DNA of 64,000 nt. Source: Octopus vulgaris (taxonomy: Eukaryota). The notes below the pieces were generated by a model. The model searched no databases and had not been told where the DNA came from. It was given only the letters and a program-made list of their open reading frames with translations. Below, piece by piece: positions 11,783 to 24,349 of the stretch (the stretch's first letter is position 1; each line of letters opens with the position of its first letter). A program made the position numbers and the translations under genes. The stretch lies in the NCBI GenBank assembly GCA_951406725.2, contig OX597822.1, forward strand, positions 27,714,001 to 27,778,000, read 5' to 3'.

Positions 11783-14611
11783 CCCCTCTTTCTCCTTCTC
11801 TCTCTCTCTCTCCCTGACTCTCTTTAACCATGTAATAAATGTTGTTCCCCCTACCTCATGTCATGTTGCTTCTTTCTCCCTCTTTCTGTCTCACTCTTCG
11901 CTTTATCCCCTTTTTCTTTTTCTTTCCCATCAAACAAGTACGTGAAACTGTTACATTTACATTGCCTCTACCTCACGGGTTTTCCCTCTACCTCCCTCGT
12001 TTTTTCTCTACTTTTCTTTCTCCCTCTGTTTCCCTAATCACGTGAAATCGTTACCGACGGGCTAAGTAACGCAACGATGGCAAAATTATCATAAGATACT
12101 TGGTTGCATAACTGTGTTTGCAGCGATGCCGAGATGCATATATTTTTCCACGGAGTGACTCGATTAAGATTGTATGTATGTATGTATGTATGTATGTATG
12201 TATGTATGTATGTATGTATGTATGTATGTATGTATGTATGTATGCATGTGTGTAGGTATGTATGTAAAGATTGTAATTTCTCGATATCCATACAAGCATT
12301 AGGGTTAACTTATTGCAAGGAACAACTTTACTCTTAGTTTTAATCTTCTTTCATATGCCTTTATAATATCCATCATGAATCGGTCACTGGTATGTTAACT
12401 ATTGGAAATCCTATGAATTCATATGATCTCACGAGTAGTGAGGTAATTGTGAATCTATCGATAATCGACGATGTGCAACCGCTGTTGAAATTACAGAATA
12501 CTGTACGATGCCCGTGGTACTTCATATTTCTGAGTAAAGGTGTCAACAAATCGCGACCCTTCGACCTTAAATGTTCAGCTTGTGTAAATACGTTCAGAGA
12601 GATCGTGTTGTTTTTTTTTACTTTAATGGTAATATAAATGTAAATAAGAAAAACTAACAAGCTTTGCAGTTATTTGCAGTTATTTGTTGTGCATTACAAT
12701 AGAGCGCCCTGGATTAAAACGTTCGTGTAGTATTTTGCAGTTAGTAGCAATAATTACGAATATAATCATGATTGTAATCGGATGTTATATCTGAGTCAAG
12801 ATTTGTCTTTCAGTGGTGAGGAGAAGAAATAATAGGAAGCTGGAGTGAGAAACTATTTTCAGACCATTAAGCATCACGCAGGAATATCACAGTACGGAGG
12901 ACATGGACAGTGGTGTTAAAAAATTGAGATATATCAAATCTGTGATCAAGCTTAATTACTTGACGCAGGAACTTGCTAACCTCATGTGCATGAACAGGGT
13001 GTAACTCATAACGGAGGATCGAAAGATGTATTTTTAATTCAAAACTTTTTGTACTAAATTGTTACCGGCATTTACAACTCGAAATTTAGTTTTAATTCTT
13101 CTGGTTCATTTAATTCAATACGTTTTGTTACAATAAGATTGCTAGAGGTGTTAAAATTGTAAATATAATATTTTATATGTATTATTAAACACGATTCTCT
13201 TTGTAGCGCTTGCCTTTTCTTCAAATCTGTTTATTTGTACAGAGTATCCCTTCCGCAAATCAACCACGTATGGGTGCAGATTCTATATAAGTTATTACCT
13301 TTTGATCTATTAGAAATAGCACCCATGTCTCAATCAAATCACACACTATCTTGATAGAAGGTCTTGAATAGAGCATCTGGAATAGAAAATCTTCATAGAG
13401 CATCTTGAATATTGTAATCCTAGTTTGATGCACTTACGAAAAATACTGAGTGGTCACGAATGAAAAGTTCCATACGCTTAAATGAAGAAAAGCATCAATA
13501 TTTTTCAAAATAAAAGAAACGGTTTATTGGAGTTGAAAAAAAAAACGTGAGAGACGCCTGTTTTATTTATACTCCATTATCAGCTGGATGTCAAGTAGCA
13601 ATGTCTTGAGTAAAGTTAGGTATCTGCTGGAGCCTCTCGTTTATATGTTTTTTTAAGGAAAAGAAACAAATTTCCATCGAGTATTGGAAACTGATGAATG
13701 GATGTAAGGTTATATGCTCCTTTCTGTTATAAGGAATCAGATATAAACTTTCGATTTGATGCTCCAGGGATAGGATTAGTTGGTTTTTGTTCTTACTTTG
13801 ACAGTTTTCTCTTCTGACAGAGGCATAGTGCCAAGCAGGAAAGTAAATACATTTCTTTATCATGAAATGAAAGACCAACAAAATCGAAGAATACAAAGAT
13901 AAATCACAAATTTGTTCAATAAATTACAAACAACATATGGTGACTTACAGAAGTAGAAGTCATATTTCGCATTTCATATAACTCCTTTCATTGATAATCG
14001 TTTCTGCTATAGACACAAGGCCTGAATCCTTTACTTGATAATGCAGTTAATGATAGCTATCCAGTTTTCGAATCTTTGGTTAAAATATGATTTCCTATGG
14101 ACCTAGAACTAATAGAGTTAAAAATGGTAGTTGATCTAAAGGTAATCACTCAAATGCAGTCTAGTACAGAGCTGTTCAATCAAGTTCAAAGATATCCTTG
14201 TATTGAGCCACTCTACTCTAGACCATGACAAAATACTGCTGTGAAATATTGTCCTCTATAATGAAGTTCGAGTTATGTAACCGTTACAAATCAATACTAG
14301 ATGGGCCATGTAAGTTCGTGCCCATGATGAAGATCAACGAGATCAATGGGTAATACATAATAGCATCTACAGCATCATACGTGGAGCCTAATCTGTTGTA
14401 AATGCATTGGGATTACACTGCACTTTTATAACATGGCGCTCCTTAGAATAAAAATATCGTCCGCCTAGGGAAGCAACTATAATTTAAATGAGGTTAGAAG
14501 TCAAATTAACATCTACTACCTCCATCAAAATTATTAATATATATATGTGTGTGTGCATAAAGTAACAAAAAGGGAGGAATTTCGATTATTCCCATGTGGT
14601 GAGTAATATAA

Positions 14612-15105
14612 AGAAGGAAAATGCACTCACATTATATACTTTTAATATATATATATTATATTGTGTTTGTCGACCGGTTTCGCTTTCGCTAATCATCACA
14701 TTAAAATTATTTGAATTGCGTATGTTCTTAGTAAAATATTTTTGTTCGTGTTAATTGTGGAGTTTGTGAAAGAATGATTCAACAATTAGAAAAATCGAAG
14801 GGGAGGTATTTGGTGATCGTTATTATTGTAAACAGGGGACATAGTTGTGCATATTTCTGTGAGGAGGGATATCTGTGTATAATTCCACACACACACACAC
14901 ACATACACCGAACAATTATTTCCCCTGTCCACAATAATAATGATCACCAATTACCTCCACTTTGATTACTCTACTTGTTGAATCATTCATACATAAAATC
15001 CACACACATCATGATTAGCGAAAGTGAAACCGGTCGACAAACACAATATGAAATATATTAAAAAATATATTAAAATTATGTAAAGTGTTTTTATTTTCCT
15101 TCTTT
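14612..15105. mobile_element. Old fold-back PLE-like element with HHR remnants in both arms
   Basis: ~14612-14850 is inverted relative to ~14912-15105. The motif TGATGA-TTA-GC-GAAA-GC-GAAAC-CG-GTC-GACA is at 14668-14700 (-), with a decayed copy at 15008-15040 (+). Confidence 0.65.
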
Positions 15106-15124
15106 AATTTCTTATATATATATA

Positions 15125-15320
15125 TAATGTGACCTCGTGTGTACCGTTGGCGATTTTTTTCCCCTGTCTTCCCTTCTCTGGATCTTTCCTTCTCCTATGC
15201 TTCCGACACAGAGCTAAACCCTCCTTCTTTCCTTCTTTCCTGAGCGTCCAATAATACTATATTTGTTCCACGTCCTCGGGTTGTTGTGTTTTATTGTGCT
15301 TTCTTGTTTGGATTAACCTT
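15125..15320 (+). mobile_element. Family-A-related short element between (TA)n, HHR region deleted
   Basis: Shares CCTGAGCGT..AATA and the TGTTTT-rich 3' part with family A. Confidence 0.4.
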
Positions 15321-15355
15321 ATATATATATATATATATATACATATATATATACA

Positions 15356-15520
15356 TAGCTGAAATTTACATAAAAACAATATACGAAGATATGGGTATAA
15401 ACAACAAACGGGTGTATTACATTAACGCTGGGGAAGGTGAGAAAATATTTCACGTTTCGAGCATGCTCTCTTCAACAGAAAGGAACAACAGGAAATAAAC
15501 AGAGAGAGAATTAAAAATCT
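15356..15520 (-). mobile_element. Family A PLE-like short element
   Basis: Minus strand CTTTCTGTTGAAGAGAGCATGCTCGAAACGTGAAA at 15448-15483. Confidence 0.6.
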
Positions 15521-15616
15521 TTTGTAGGGACCATATTTTTCTTTTGCTGGACTCAAATGTCATTTGCGAACCCATTGAAAACGAACTTCCACGAATTAGT
15601 CTACCTATATGTCTGC

Positions 15617-15664
<48 letters not shown>

Positions 15665-15669
15665 CTGTG

Positions 15670-15875
15670 CACACCTTTGAATGCAATATAAGGCTGAATG
15701 TTTGCAAATCTGACGGGGGCCTGAAAAGACATTTTAAGACCCACAAAGATCAGAATTTATCTGCAGCTCTTGGTGGTCCAGATCGGATATGCAATCTATG
15801 TGGATGTCTTTTCAAATCATTGTCTGATTTTAAAAGCCATAGAGGTGGTCAAACTCTGCATAAGGAGTAGGCAAC

Positions 15876-15878
<3 letters not shown>
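15670..15878 (+). mobile_element. RTE-type LINE 3' fragment (C-terminal C2H2 fingers + short UTR)
   Basis: FECNI..VCKSDGGLKRHFKTH..ICNLCGCLFKSLSDFKSH, flanked by microsatellites. Confidence 0.5.
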
Positions 15879-15948
<70 letters not shown>

Positions 15949-16053
15949 AATTCGGGGTGAGTACTTGATAATTATAAGCACCTGTGTATACCGCTTGGTG
16001 GTGTAGGTGGGGGAGTAAATTGATCAAAATAAAAACATGATGCAAAGGATTCA

Positions 16054-16131
16054 GCGGTACATATGTTTCGGGCATTTATTAGACAGATTTATAACAATGC
16101 ATAATGTATGTCTGTGGCCTTCTTCAGCCGC
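16054..16131 (-). ncRNA. Type I hammerhead ribozyme (predicted, intact)
   Basis: GCGG-CTGAAGA-AGGC..(long stem II)..GCCC-GAAAC-ATAT-GTA-CCGC: stem I GCGG/CCGC, palindromic stem III ACATATGT, GUA cleavage site. Confidence 0.8.
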
Positions 16132-17085
16132 GCACAACAGCTTCCACAAGGACATGTGTTACATCAAAAATTCTTGGTTGGGGATGCAAATCCTCTCATT
16201 CGCGTACGGCATAATGCGGCAACTGCATAGAATTGAAGCGTCCATCTCTTTCTTCTCTCAATGTAGAATGAGGAAATTTGGATGTTGAAGTAATGTAAAT
16301 AAATTAATAAATAAATACATATATAGACGTGAAGATGGAGGGGCGAGAATTCAGGACGAAGCATAAAAAATATATAAAAAGTGTAAGTATAGAAAAATAT
16401 AAAAATGTAGAGTATAAAGATATAAAGAGATATAAGGAGATATAAAGGGGATATAAAGAATATAAAAAAATATAAATGAATATAAAGGCATAAGGTTATA
16501 AAGTAAAAATAGAAATAGAAATAAAAAAATTTTAAAAAATAAGAATAGGAATAAAAATGATAAAAATGTAAAAAAATGTAAAAAAATATAAAGATAAGGG
16601 ATGTATAGAGGTTACGGACCAAACATGGTGGTCAGGAAATTGACAAAGTTTAGTTGTAGAAGCTTTGGGTGTCAATAAATCAACAGGGTCGTCTGGGGAC
16701 CTAGTGTATTGTAAATCAGAGCTGTTGAGCGGTTAATCTAGTTCTTTGAATTAAGTGGTCATCTTGTACATACATACCAGCATGGATACATACACCCATA
16801 TACACGCGCACATATACGCGCGCATACACAGCTCTAAGCATATAAGCATACATACGCACTCACGTGTAAACATGTACATAAACACATATACACCCACACA
16901 CATGCGCATATATACATACATACAACAGAATATGCGCATATATACACGGACATTATACGTGTACACACCTATATATACATACGTGCGTCCATCCTTACAT
17001 ACACAGATGCCCACACGTCCAGGTTTAGATATAAGATATTAAATGATGTATGTAAGAACGCATGTAAAGAATCACATGTATGTAT

Positions 17086-17939
17086 GTATGTAAAAGGACC
17101 ATTTAAGGCGAATTTAAAATATTACATTATATAATTAGGGCTTAGTAAAATAAATTACTTTGCCACATACTGAACTTTCTAGAAATAGCAGCCAAAAAGT
17201 TTCTTAGCCATTTCCACTACTTTAAGAAAATTTCTCTCAGATAATGTTTACTCATAAATAACTCACGAAGGTATGGAGGTAAAAACAGAAAAATATCACA
17301 AGTACAAAATGATCTTTGTACTTGTGATATTTTTGATATGTTCTCAATATGTGATATGTTCTCAAACTTGTGATATGTTCTCAAATGATCTTTGTACTTG
17401 TGAACACTACTTGGTGAAATTGATTAATAACTAATTAATTTTACCCTCAATTGTTGATATTATAATTCATTTCTCTCTGTTCTATTGCTTCGGTTCTCAC
17501 CGTTAAAATATATGTTTACTAGATAACCCACGTGGGTGGAAGGGGAGAGAGCAGGAATTTTCGCTTGCGCATTTTGAATTTGTTAGTACTGGCAGTCGGA
17601 GCGTGTTCATCTGAGGTGATACGTCGCCAAAGGGTATGTTCTTCCTTTTAGTGCTTCCAAATCCAAATTAAGAAATGTTGAGCTGACGAAAGAAATGCTG
17701 AGTTTATTTGGCTAATCTAGAAACGTTAACGTTCTCAAATGATCTTTGTACTTGTGATATTTTTCTGTTTTTACCTCCATACCTTCGTGGAGAAAGTTCA
17801 GTATGTGGCAAAGTAATTTATTTTACTAAGCCCTAATTATATAATGTAATATTTTAAATTCGCCTTAAATGGTCCTTTTACATACTGAACACTACTTGGT
17901 GAAATTGATTAATAACTAATTAATTTTACCCTCAATTTG

Positions 17940-17942
<3 letters not shown>
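17086..17942 (+). mobile_element. Non-autonomous PLE/retrozyme-like element, HHR family C, with inverted 5' arm and tandem junction
   Basis: 17086-17308 is an inverted copy of the region downstream of the HHR. 17401-17453 is directly repeated at 17886-17938. The element ends in (TA)n and has no ORF. Confidence 0.75.
17678..17738 (+). ncRNA. Type I hammerhead ribozyme (predicted, intact)
   Basis: TTGAG-CTGACGA-A-AGA..TCT-A-GAAAC-GTTAAC-GTT-CTCAA; cleavage after 17733 (GUU). Confidence 0.82.
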
Positions 17943-17996
<54 letters not shown>

Positions 17997-18481
17997 CATA
18001 TATATGTATATAAACACGCTTATGTGGTTACAGGACGTCAAAAAAGTAAACAACATGAAAAACGGTGACATAAACTACAACAGCATGGAAAACGAACTTT
18101 TCTGCGAACAACGAAAGACATAAATAGAAACATAAGACAGGCAACACAAAGAACAATCCCTCCACACACACACACATATATATATATTAATATACTTGCT
18201 GGTGTACCTGGTAATACCCGGGAGTAGGGTAAAGATTTTCTATTGAAACGTCTTATTAGTCTGATATAAGAAAGCAATTTCGTTACAACTGCCACAAAAG
18301 GTGTTTTTTTTTCCATGATGGAAAAGTACAAAAAACTGTCAACTGGAGGAGGGAGAGATTATTGGAGGTTGGAGAGAGAGGTTTTCGGAAGTTGGCGAGA
18401 AAGATTGTCAAATGACTGAAAGAAGTAAAGGATAAAAGTATACAATTTATATATTTTCGTTGTTGTTGTTGCAGATGATTC

Positions 18482-18680
18482 TTTTTTACTCTAAGCACAA
18501 GGCCCGACGGGGCCAGACGATTAGATGGACCCCAGTAACCAAATGGTACTTAATTTGTCGACCCCGAAAAGATGAATGGGAATATCGACCTCGGCGGAAT
18601 TTGAACTTAGAAGGAAAAGAGACGAAATAACGGTAAACATTTCGCCCGGCGTGCCAACGTTTCTGCCAGCTCGCCGCTTT
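18482..18680 (-). mobile_element. Family-B SINE
   Basis: GACCCCGAAAAGATGAA..GACCTCGGCGGAATTTGAACT..CGTTTCTGCCAGCTCGCC. Confidence 0.8.
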
Positions 18681-19505
18681 AAAAATTATTTTCTACTCTG
18701 GCCTGTATATAAATCAGTTCAAAAGCAAAACGGACATTGAAAATATTAATAAATGAATACTTTATTGATTTACTCACCTTTAAATTAGATTTGTCGCTTT
18801 GAAACTACTCCACTGCATGCATACATAGATACATACATACATGCATACATACATGCATACGTAAATACATACATACATACATACGTACATACATGCATAC
18901 ATACATGCACACATATGCATACGTAACTACATACATACACACTCACATACATACATACATACATGCATACATACACCCATACACACACATACGTACATAC
19001 ATACATACTCACACACAGACATACAAACATGCTTACACACACACACACACCCATGTACATACATACATACATACATACATACATACATACATACATAAAT
19101 ATATGCGTGCATATGCATGTGTATTAGTATGTCTATATCTATATGTATGCACCGCTGCCAACTATTTATGTAGATTTGTCAACGCAACTTAAAACACCTT
19201 CCAGATGTAGGGCTCAAATTTTCTAGGGAATTACTTTCCATATCGTCTATCCTTCACAATGGGCCACCTACCAAAATAAAGTTCAATAATGGGAAGGAAA
19301 ATATACTCGGAACCAAGTCCAGAGAGTATGACAGCTTCGAGGCGAGGGTTGAATTGTGTTATGTAAGGAAATCACGGTAGACTTAGATTTGGTAGCCAGT
19401 GCGTGTGGTGCAACATCAAAGTTTTATTACTCTCTTTCACTTGCACTGCATTTCCTGAACCGTCTCACGATATAGAAAACTTTATATGGTCGCGTATAAG
19501 AAACT

Positions 19506-19623
19506 CTTGATTGTCTCATGCTTTATTGTCTCATGCGTTTATTGTCTCATGCTTTATAATTATGCTTGATTGTCTCATGCTTGATTGTCTCATGCGTTTA
19601 TTGTCTCATGCTTTATAATTATG
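19506..19623. repeat. Minisatellite: 2 x ~59 bp built from TTGTCTCATGC subunits
   Basis: Six copies of ATTGTCTCATGC; every third is followed by TTTATAATTATG. Confidence 0.85.
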
Positions 19624-19869
19624 TCTTTGTTCCAAGTAATATATAATTTACACGATTTGTGTAGGACTTTCTTATGATCTATGATCTATGCTGCGGACAA
19701 CATTCATCAGGGGCGATGTTGTCCTGGTCGTCTAGCAAGGAGGGTGGCATCATTCGAAAGCTAAATCAATGAAAGGCGCATTGTCATTAGCTATGTATAA
19801 AAATATCAGACTGTCTCGTCGATCACGTTATCATTTTATAGATATATATGTATATATATATATATATAC

Positions 19870-19942
<73 letters not shown>

Positions 19943-19946
<4 letters not shown>

Positions 19947-20205
19947 AATATGTTACATAACTCAATAGTCAAGATAAAACTCTGAGTTTCAGATGCCGAT
20001 GTGGAAATCCACAACACCATCTCTTCGGTTATCTGGCCAGATAACCGAAGAGATGGTGCTGTGGATTTCCACGTCGGCATCTGAAACTCAGAGTTTTATC
20101 TTGACTATTGAGTTATGTAACATATTATTGCATAGATAAATTTCCTCTATTTACATAATATTGAGGTCTCTTTCTTTCTTTTGTTATCTTACCGTTTTAT
20201 CAATA
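19943..20205 (+). mobile_element. Fold-back PLE-like element (94-bp arms, no loop) between (TA)n
   Basis: 19943-20036 is the reverse complement of 20037-20130 (centre CTGG|CCAG); unpaired tail to ~20205. Confidence 0.8.
20039..20101 (+). ncRNA. Hammerhead ribozyme, variant core CCGAAGA (predicted)
   Basis: AGATAA-CCGAAGA-GATG..CATC-T-GAAAC-TCAGA-GTT-TTATCT; 6-bp stem I; mirror copy at 19972-20034 on the minus strand. Confidence 0.65.
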
Positions 20206-20227
20206 TATATATATATATATATATATA

Positions 20228-20602
20228 TAATCAGTAATAATATTGAATTCGTTGGTACTGGATGTTGAAAACAGTTTGTCTGATGTTACTTGAATTAGAT
20301 AGGTATGTTCAATTTTTTCAGTGCTAATTAAAATTATTGAAATATTTGTGCTGATGAAGAGAATGTTAGAATGGAGATGTAATTCTTGCATCTCCATATC
20401 TATCTAACTCAGAAACGCGTTCACAAGTAATCAAATGGCCTCTATGCCTACGTGAATTGTTTTGAGTATACATTGTCTGGGAGATTCTTCTTATAGTAGA
20501 AGTAGCTAAGTTCTTTGGCTGCTATTTATAAAAGTTCGGTATGTGGCGAAGCAAATTTTTGCTGAACCCTAATTATAATTATACTCAAATTTATGTAAAG
20601 TA
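20228..20602 (+). mobile_element. HHR family C element (diverged copy) between (TA)n
   Basis: Shares the blocks GTACTGG, GTCTGATGT, GGTATGTT, TTTGGCTGCTATTT and GTTCGGTATGTGGC with the 17.6-kb and 32.5-kb copies. Confidence 0.75.
20346..20426 (+). ncRNA. Type I hammerhead ribozyme (predicted, intact, long stem II)
   Basis: TTGTG-CTGATGA-A-GAG..GTTAGA-ATGGAGATGTAA-TTC-TTGCATCTCCAT..TCTAAC(TC)-A-GAAAC-GC-GTT-CACAA; cleavage after 20421. Confidence 0.85.
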
Positions 20603-20656
<54 letters not shown>

Positions 20657-20768
20657 GAGGGATGCCTACTAAGTGGACATCCATATGCTAGAAGTCGACC
20701 TTTCTTAGTGGTAAGACCATAGGGGGGCGGATTCAAGCATATGGATGTCCACTTAGTGGTCATCTCTC
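20657..20768. repeat. Short hairpin insert (~33-bp inverted arms) in (TA)n
   Basis: ACTAAGTGGACATCCATATGCT / AGCATATGGATGTCCACTTAGT. Confidence 0.75.
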
Positions 20769-20769
20769 T

Positions 20770-20802
<33 letters not shown>

Positions 20803-22212
20803 ATTTTTCTGAATCTTCAGATTTTTCTATATGCTAGACCACTGGTTTTAAATTGACATAAATCGAATTAATTTTCAATTTGTCAGCCTTATATAATACA
20901 TGAGTACAGCAGTTTATTCTCCGAGGTCGATGAGTGATGAAGATTTTTAATTTGATGAAATGAAACGATTGACGAAAGGTTGAGCGAAGGAAGAGGTCCG
21001 TCGTATGGATAGAAAATGCTAGGAAGCTGCACGACAACAGCCTGAGTCGGCTATGTTTAATCCACCCATCATTTGCCAAAAAATTAATATGACGAATATT
21101 TATTTATTGCACTGTATTCAGCTTTTTAAATTGAAGGTTTATTTGTTCTAATATGCAAGAGCAGTATACAAACACGCACATGCAAACACACACCATCACA
21201 CACATATTCAGCCATGCAAACAGATGCTCACGCATTTGAGAAATCCACATCCATATTTGTGTGCGTGTACATCAATATATGAAACTATTATTTATCGGCC
21301 TATCTTTCTACCTCTCTATATATTTATGTTTGTATGCCTATGTGTGCGTATGCTTCTTGTGTATGCATGTGTCTATAGGTTTGAGATAATGCCTCCAGCA
21401 AAACTAATTTATAGGCTATCCTAAACACTCTTAAAGTTCTCTCTCTGCAGTGCGGCTTTGTCCGAAATAACATACCACGCAGCTGCCCGCGGCATAGTAA
21501 CTTATTCAAATTTGCTAACATTTAAAAGCCGTCACATGCAATACATCTTTTCCAACAAAAGCAATAATTAGGCTTAGCATCGCTATATCTCGATAAATCT
21601 GCATTTGAAAGAGAAAGCTAGCAATATGTTAAGATGTTAGCTAATAATTGAAGCTGTCAGTTGCTTGATCATTCTTAAAGTGTGCTGTATTCTATGGCCG
21701 ACAAGAAAATATAACATTACCGTACACGTTTCTGATGATCTCAACAAGAAAAAATACAAGTGGTAGTGGTGGTGGTCATAGTGATGGTGGTGGCGGTAGT
21801 GGTGATGGTGGTGGGGATTGTGGTGATGGGTCTTTCGGTTCGTAAAATTTTTTTTCTGTTGTTATTTTCACGGTTACATTAACAGGACTGCAGCAATTAA
21901 CTCAACTATATTTGAAAGATTTTAATTGATTATTCTGATTCCTGTACATTGATTAGTTCGTCTTTCCTTTTCTTCCAAAGAACGGATATTCAGAACGGGA
22001 TTTTGCGTAAGGAGAGATAAATTTGCCGGATATAAACACAGCAGAACTTTCCTGTTCAAATGTACCGCTTTCAAGCCAGACTGATTGTAGCATGGAAACC
22101 ACATGCACACGCAAACACATATGCGATATATATGTTTCTCTGTATAAATATATACACACAAACGTTAATATAAATGCATGCATGTGCGAGTATACATTTA
22201 TATGTATATATT

Positions 22213-22426
22213 TACGAGAGGTCTTGGAAAGTTCCTGGTTTTAAAGATTTTACGAAAGGCCTGGTTGAAGGCCTAAAATTTACAGTTCTTTTACAGGACT
22301 TAGAAAACCTGAAGGACTGCTGCAATAAATGCGTGAATCTGAGAGAGGAATAAGTTGCATGAAATCATAATCCTCTGATCCTCCTGGATTTTCATTTACC
22401 CAAAGCCAGAAACATTTCCTTTCGTA
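22213..22426 (+). mobile_element. mariner-derived MITE
   Basis: TA-CGAGAGG..GAAAGTTCCTGG / CCAGAAACATTTCCTTTCG-TA ends; the interior encodes a mariner-like C-terminus (..NKCVNLR.E.V). Confidence 0.6.
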
Positions 22427-22502
22427 ATTAAATGTTGCCATGTGTACGTGTCTCCACAAAGTATTTAAAGCATTCACGTATATATATATATATATATATA
22501 TA

Positions 22503-22572
<70 letters not shown>

Positions 22573-23393
22573 CATGTATGTATATACGCATATAGGCGAG
22601 TATTGTAGTTCGCTTGAAGCAATTTGTATTGTTTTAAAATTATTATGTGTCTTAAACGGCACAACAATTGACTATATTAACTGTTATAATTTAATAATCC
22701 ATAGTCTGATATAATATTTCAGAATACAAAAAGTCGTTCTTTAGATATCTCTAGGAATTGATCGAGTCGCTGCTATAATCTGTTTTCCAAGGTTTTTTTT
22801 TTTTCGGAAGCAACTCTGCATCGGTTTCACGAACCTCCTTCCGAAATTCCTCATGAGAAATGCGTGAGGGCCTCCATGTCTCAAAGGTCGTGCGTGAGGG
22901 CACATACGTAGCGCTGCATCTAAGTTATGTATTATACGTTCAGTTACCTTTTTTTTCCTTTCTTTTTTTTATATAAATAATACATGAGCATATTATCAAA
23001 AATGAACTTACACGCACCCAGATGTAGCTGGACAATATATTGACTGCCGACCTCCAGCTTGATGTTAATTTGGTGGCCCTATTCTGTCTATGAGGATAGC
23101 TTCCTTAATTCTTAGATTATCCAAATTTCTTTGATTGGCCTCAATATTGACGGGTATGCTTTTGTCGGTGTTCCGGCGTCTGTCTAGATGTTTTCTGAAG
23201 GTAATTTAAGCATATTTGAAAGACATATTATCCTAGAAATAACTGAAGATGGAGATTTTATTTTCCAAAATATTATATCAGACTATGCATTATCAAATTA
23301 TAAAAATTATAGTCCGTTGTTGTTATTATAGTGCATTGCTGTCCCAGTAAATGCACATTATATTTACATTCACACATACACACACACACACAC

Positions 23394-23424
<31 letters not shown>

Positions 23425-23505
23425 AGTATATGTATATATATGTGTGTATGTATATATATGTATATATATGAATATATATATATACATATATATATGTATG
23501 TATAC

Positions 23506-23582
<77 letters not shown>

Positions 23583-23585
<3 letters not shown>

Positions 23586-23894
23586 ATGAAAGCAATTCCA
23601 ACCTTGTCTGATTTTCACGTTTTATTTACAATCTTATAATGATATATTTCTATTTACGTAAATAATCCTTCGAATAATCAGTCAGCAGCGACGCTTGCGG
23701 GGTTCGGCTTCTCCACATTGATAAGAGGCAACGACCTCGTAACTAGTCTGTGGTTGCCAGACCAGAAAGTGGAAGCTGCTGACCTCCCATGATCGAAGGT
23801 TTTAATGGACACAGGATGGTGTGTCACATAGCTAATTAGAAATACCATTATTTCTAATTTTTCGGACTGCTATGTTAGTTTGGCGATAACTGTA

Positions 23895-23895
<1 letters not shown>
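23583..23895 (-). mobile_element. PLE-like short element between (TA)n with core-less HHR-like fold
   Basis: GTCAGCAGC/GCTGCTGAC outer stem at 23681-23783 with nested stems; GTC precedes the 3' strand of the stem on the minus strand. Confidence 0.4.
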
Positions 23896-23977
<82 letters not shown>

Positions 23978-23980
<3 letters not shown>

Positions 23981-24185
23981 GAGTAAACACATAAATGTGA
24001 AACAAGGTGGAAAAAAGAGTACTCAAATACCAGTGGTAGAGTAATATGCTTTATTTTAAGCAGCAGAAAATTCAACAAAATCTGTTACTCTGAGTTTCTC
24101 GTTGCTAGCAAAAACTGTCTCATGAACGGCAACGAGAAACTCAGAGTAACAGATTTTGTTGAATTTTCTGCTGCTTAAAATAAAG
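23978..24185. mobile_element. Family D fold-back element with HHR
   Basis: 57-bp inverted arms 24049-24105 / 24129-24185. CTGT-CTCATGA-ACGGCAACGA-GAAAC-TCAGA-GTA-ACAG at 24115-24152 has one core substitution. Confidence 0.7.
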
Positions 24186-24201
24186 TATATATATATATAT
24201 A

Positions 24202-24349
<148 letters not shown>

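Noticed and set aside
12380-14450. Possible decayed hAT-like transposase or host exons
   Set aside because: Only vague motif resemblance, with no sustained frame or splice evidence.
19506-19623. Repeat array as a possible CRISPR
   Set aside because: No unique spacers, no cas genes, eukaryotic context; an ordinary minisatellite.
22815-22862. Minus-strand CTCATGA..GAAAC hammerhead-like motif
   Set aside because: Core mismatch, no UH triplet and no convincing stem I.
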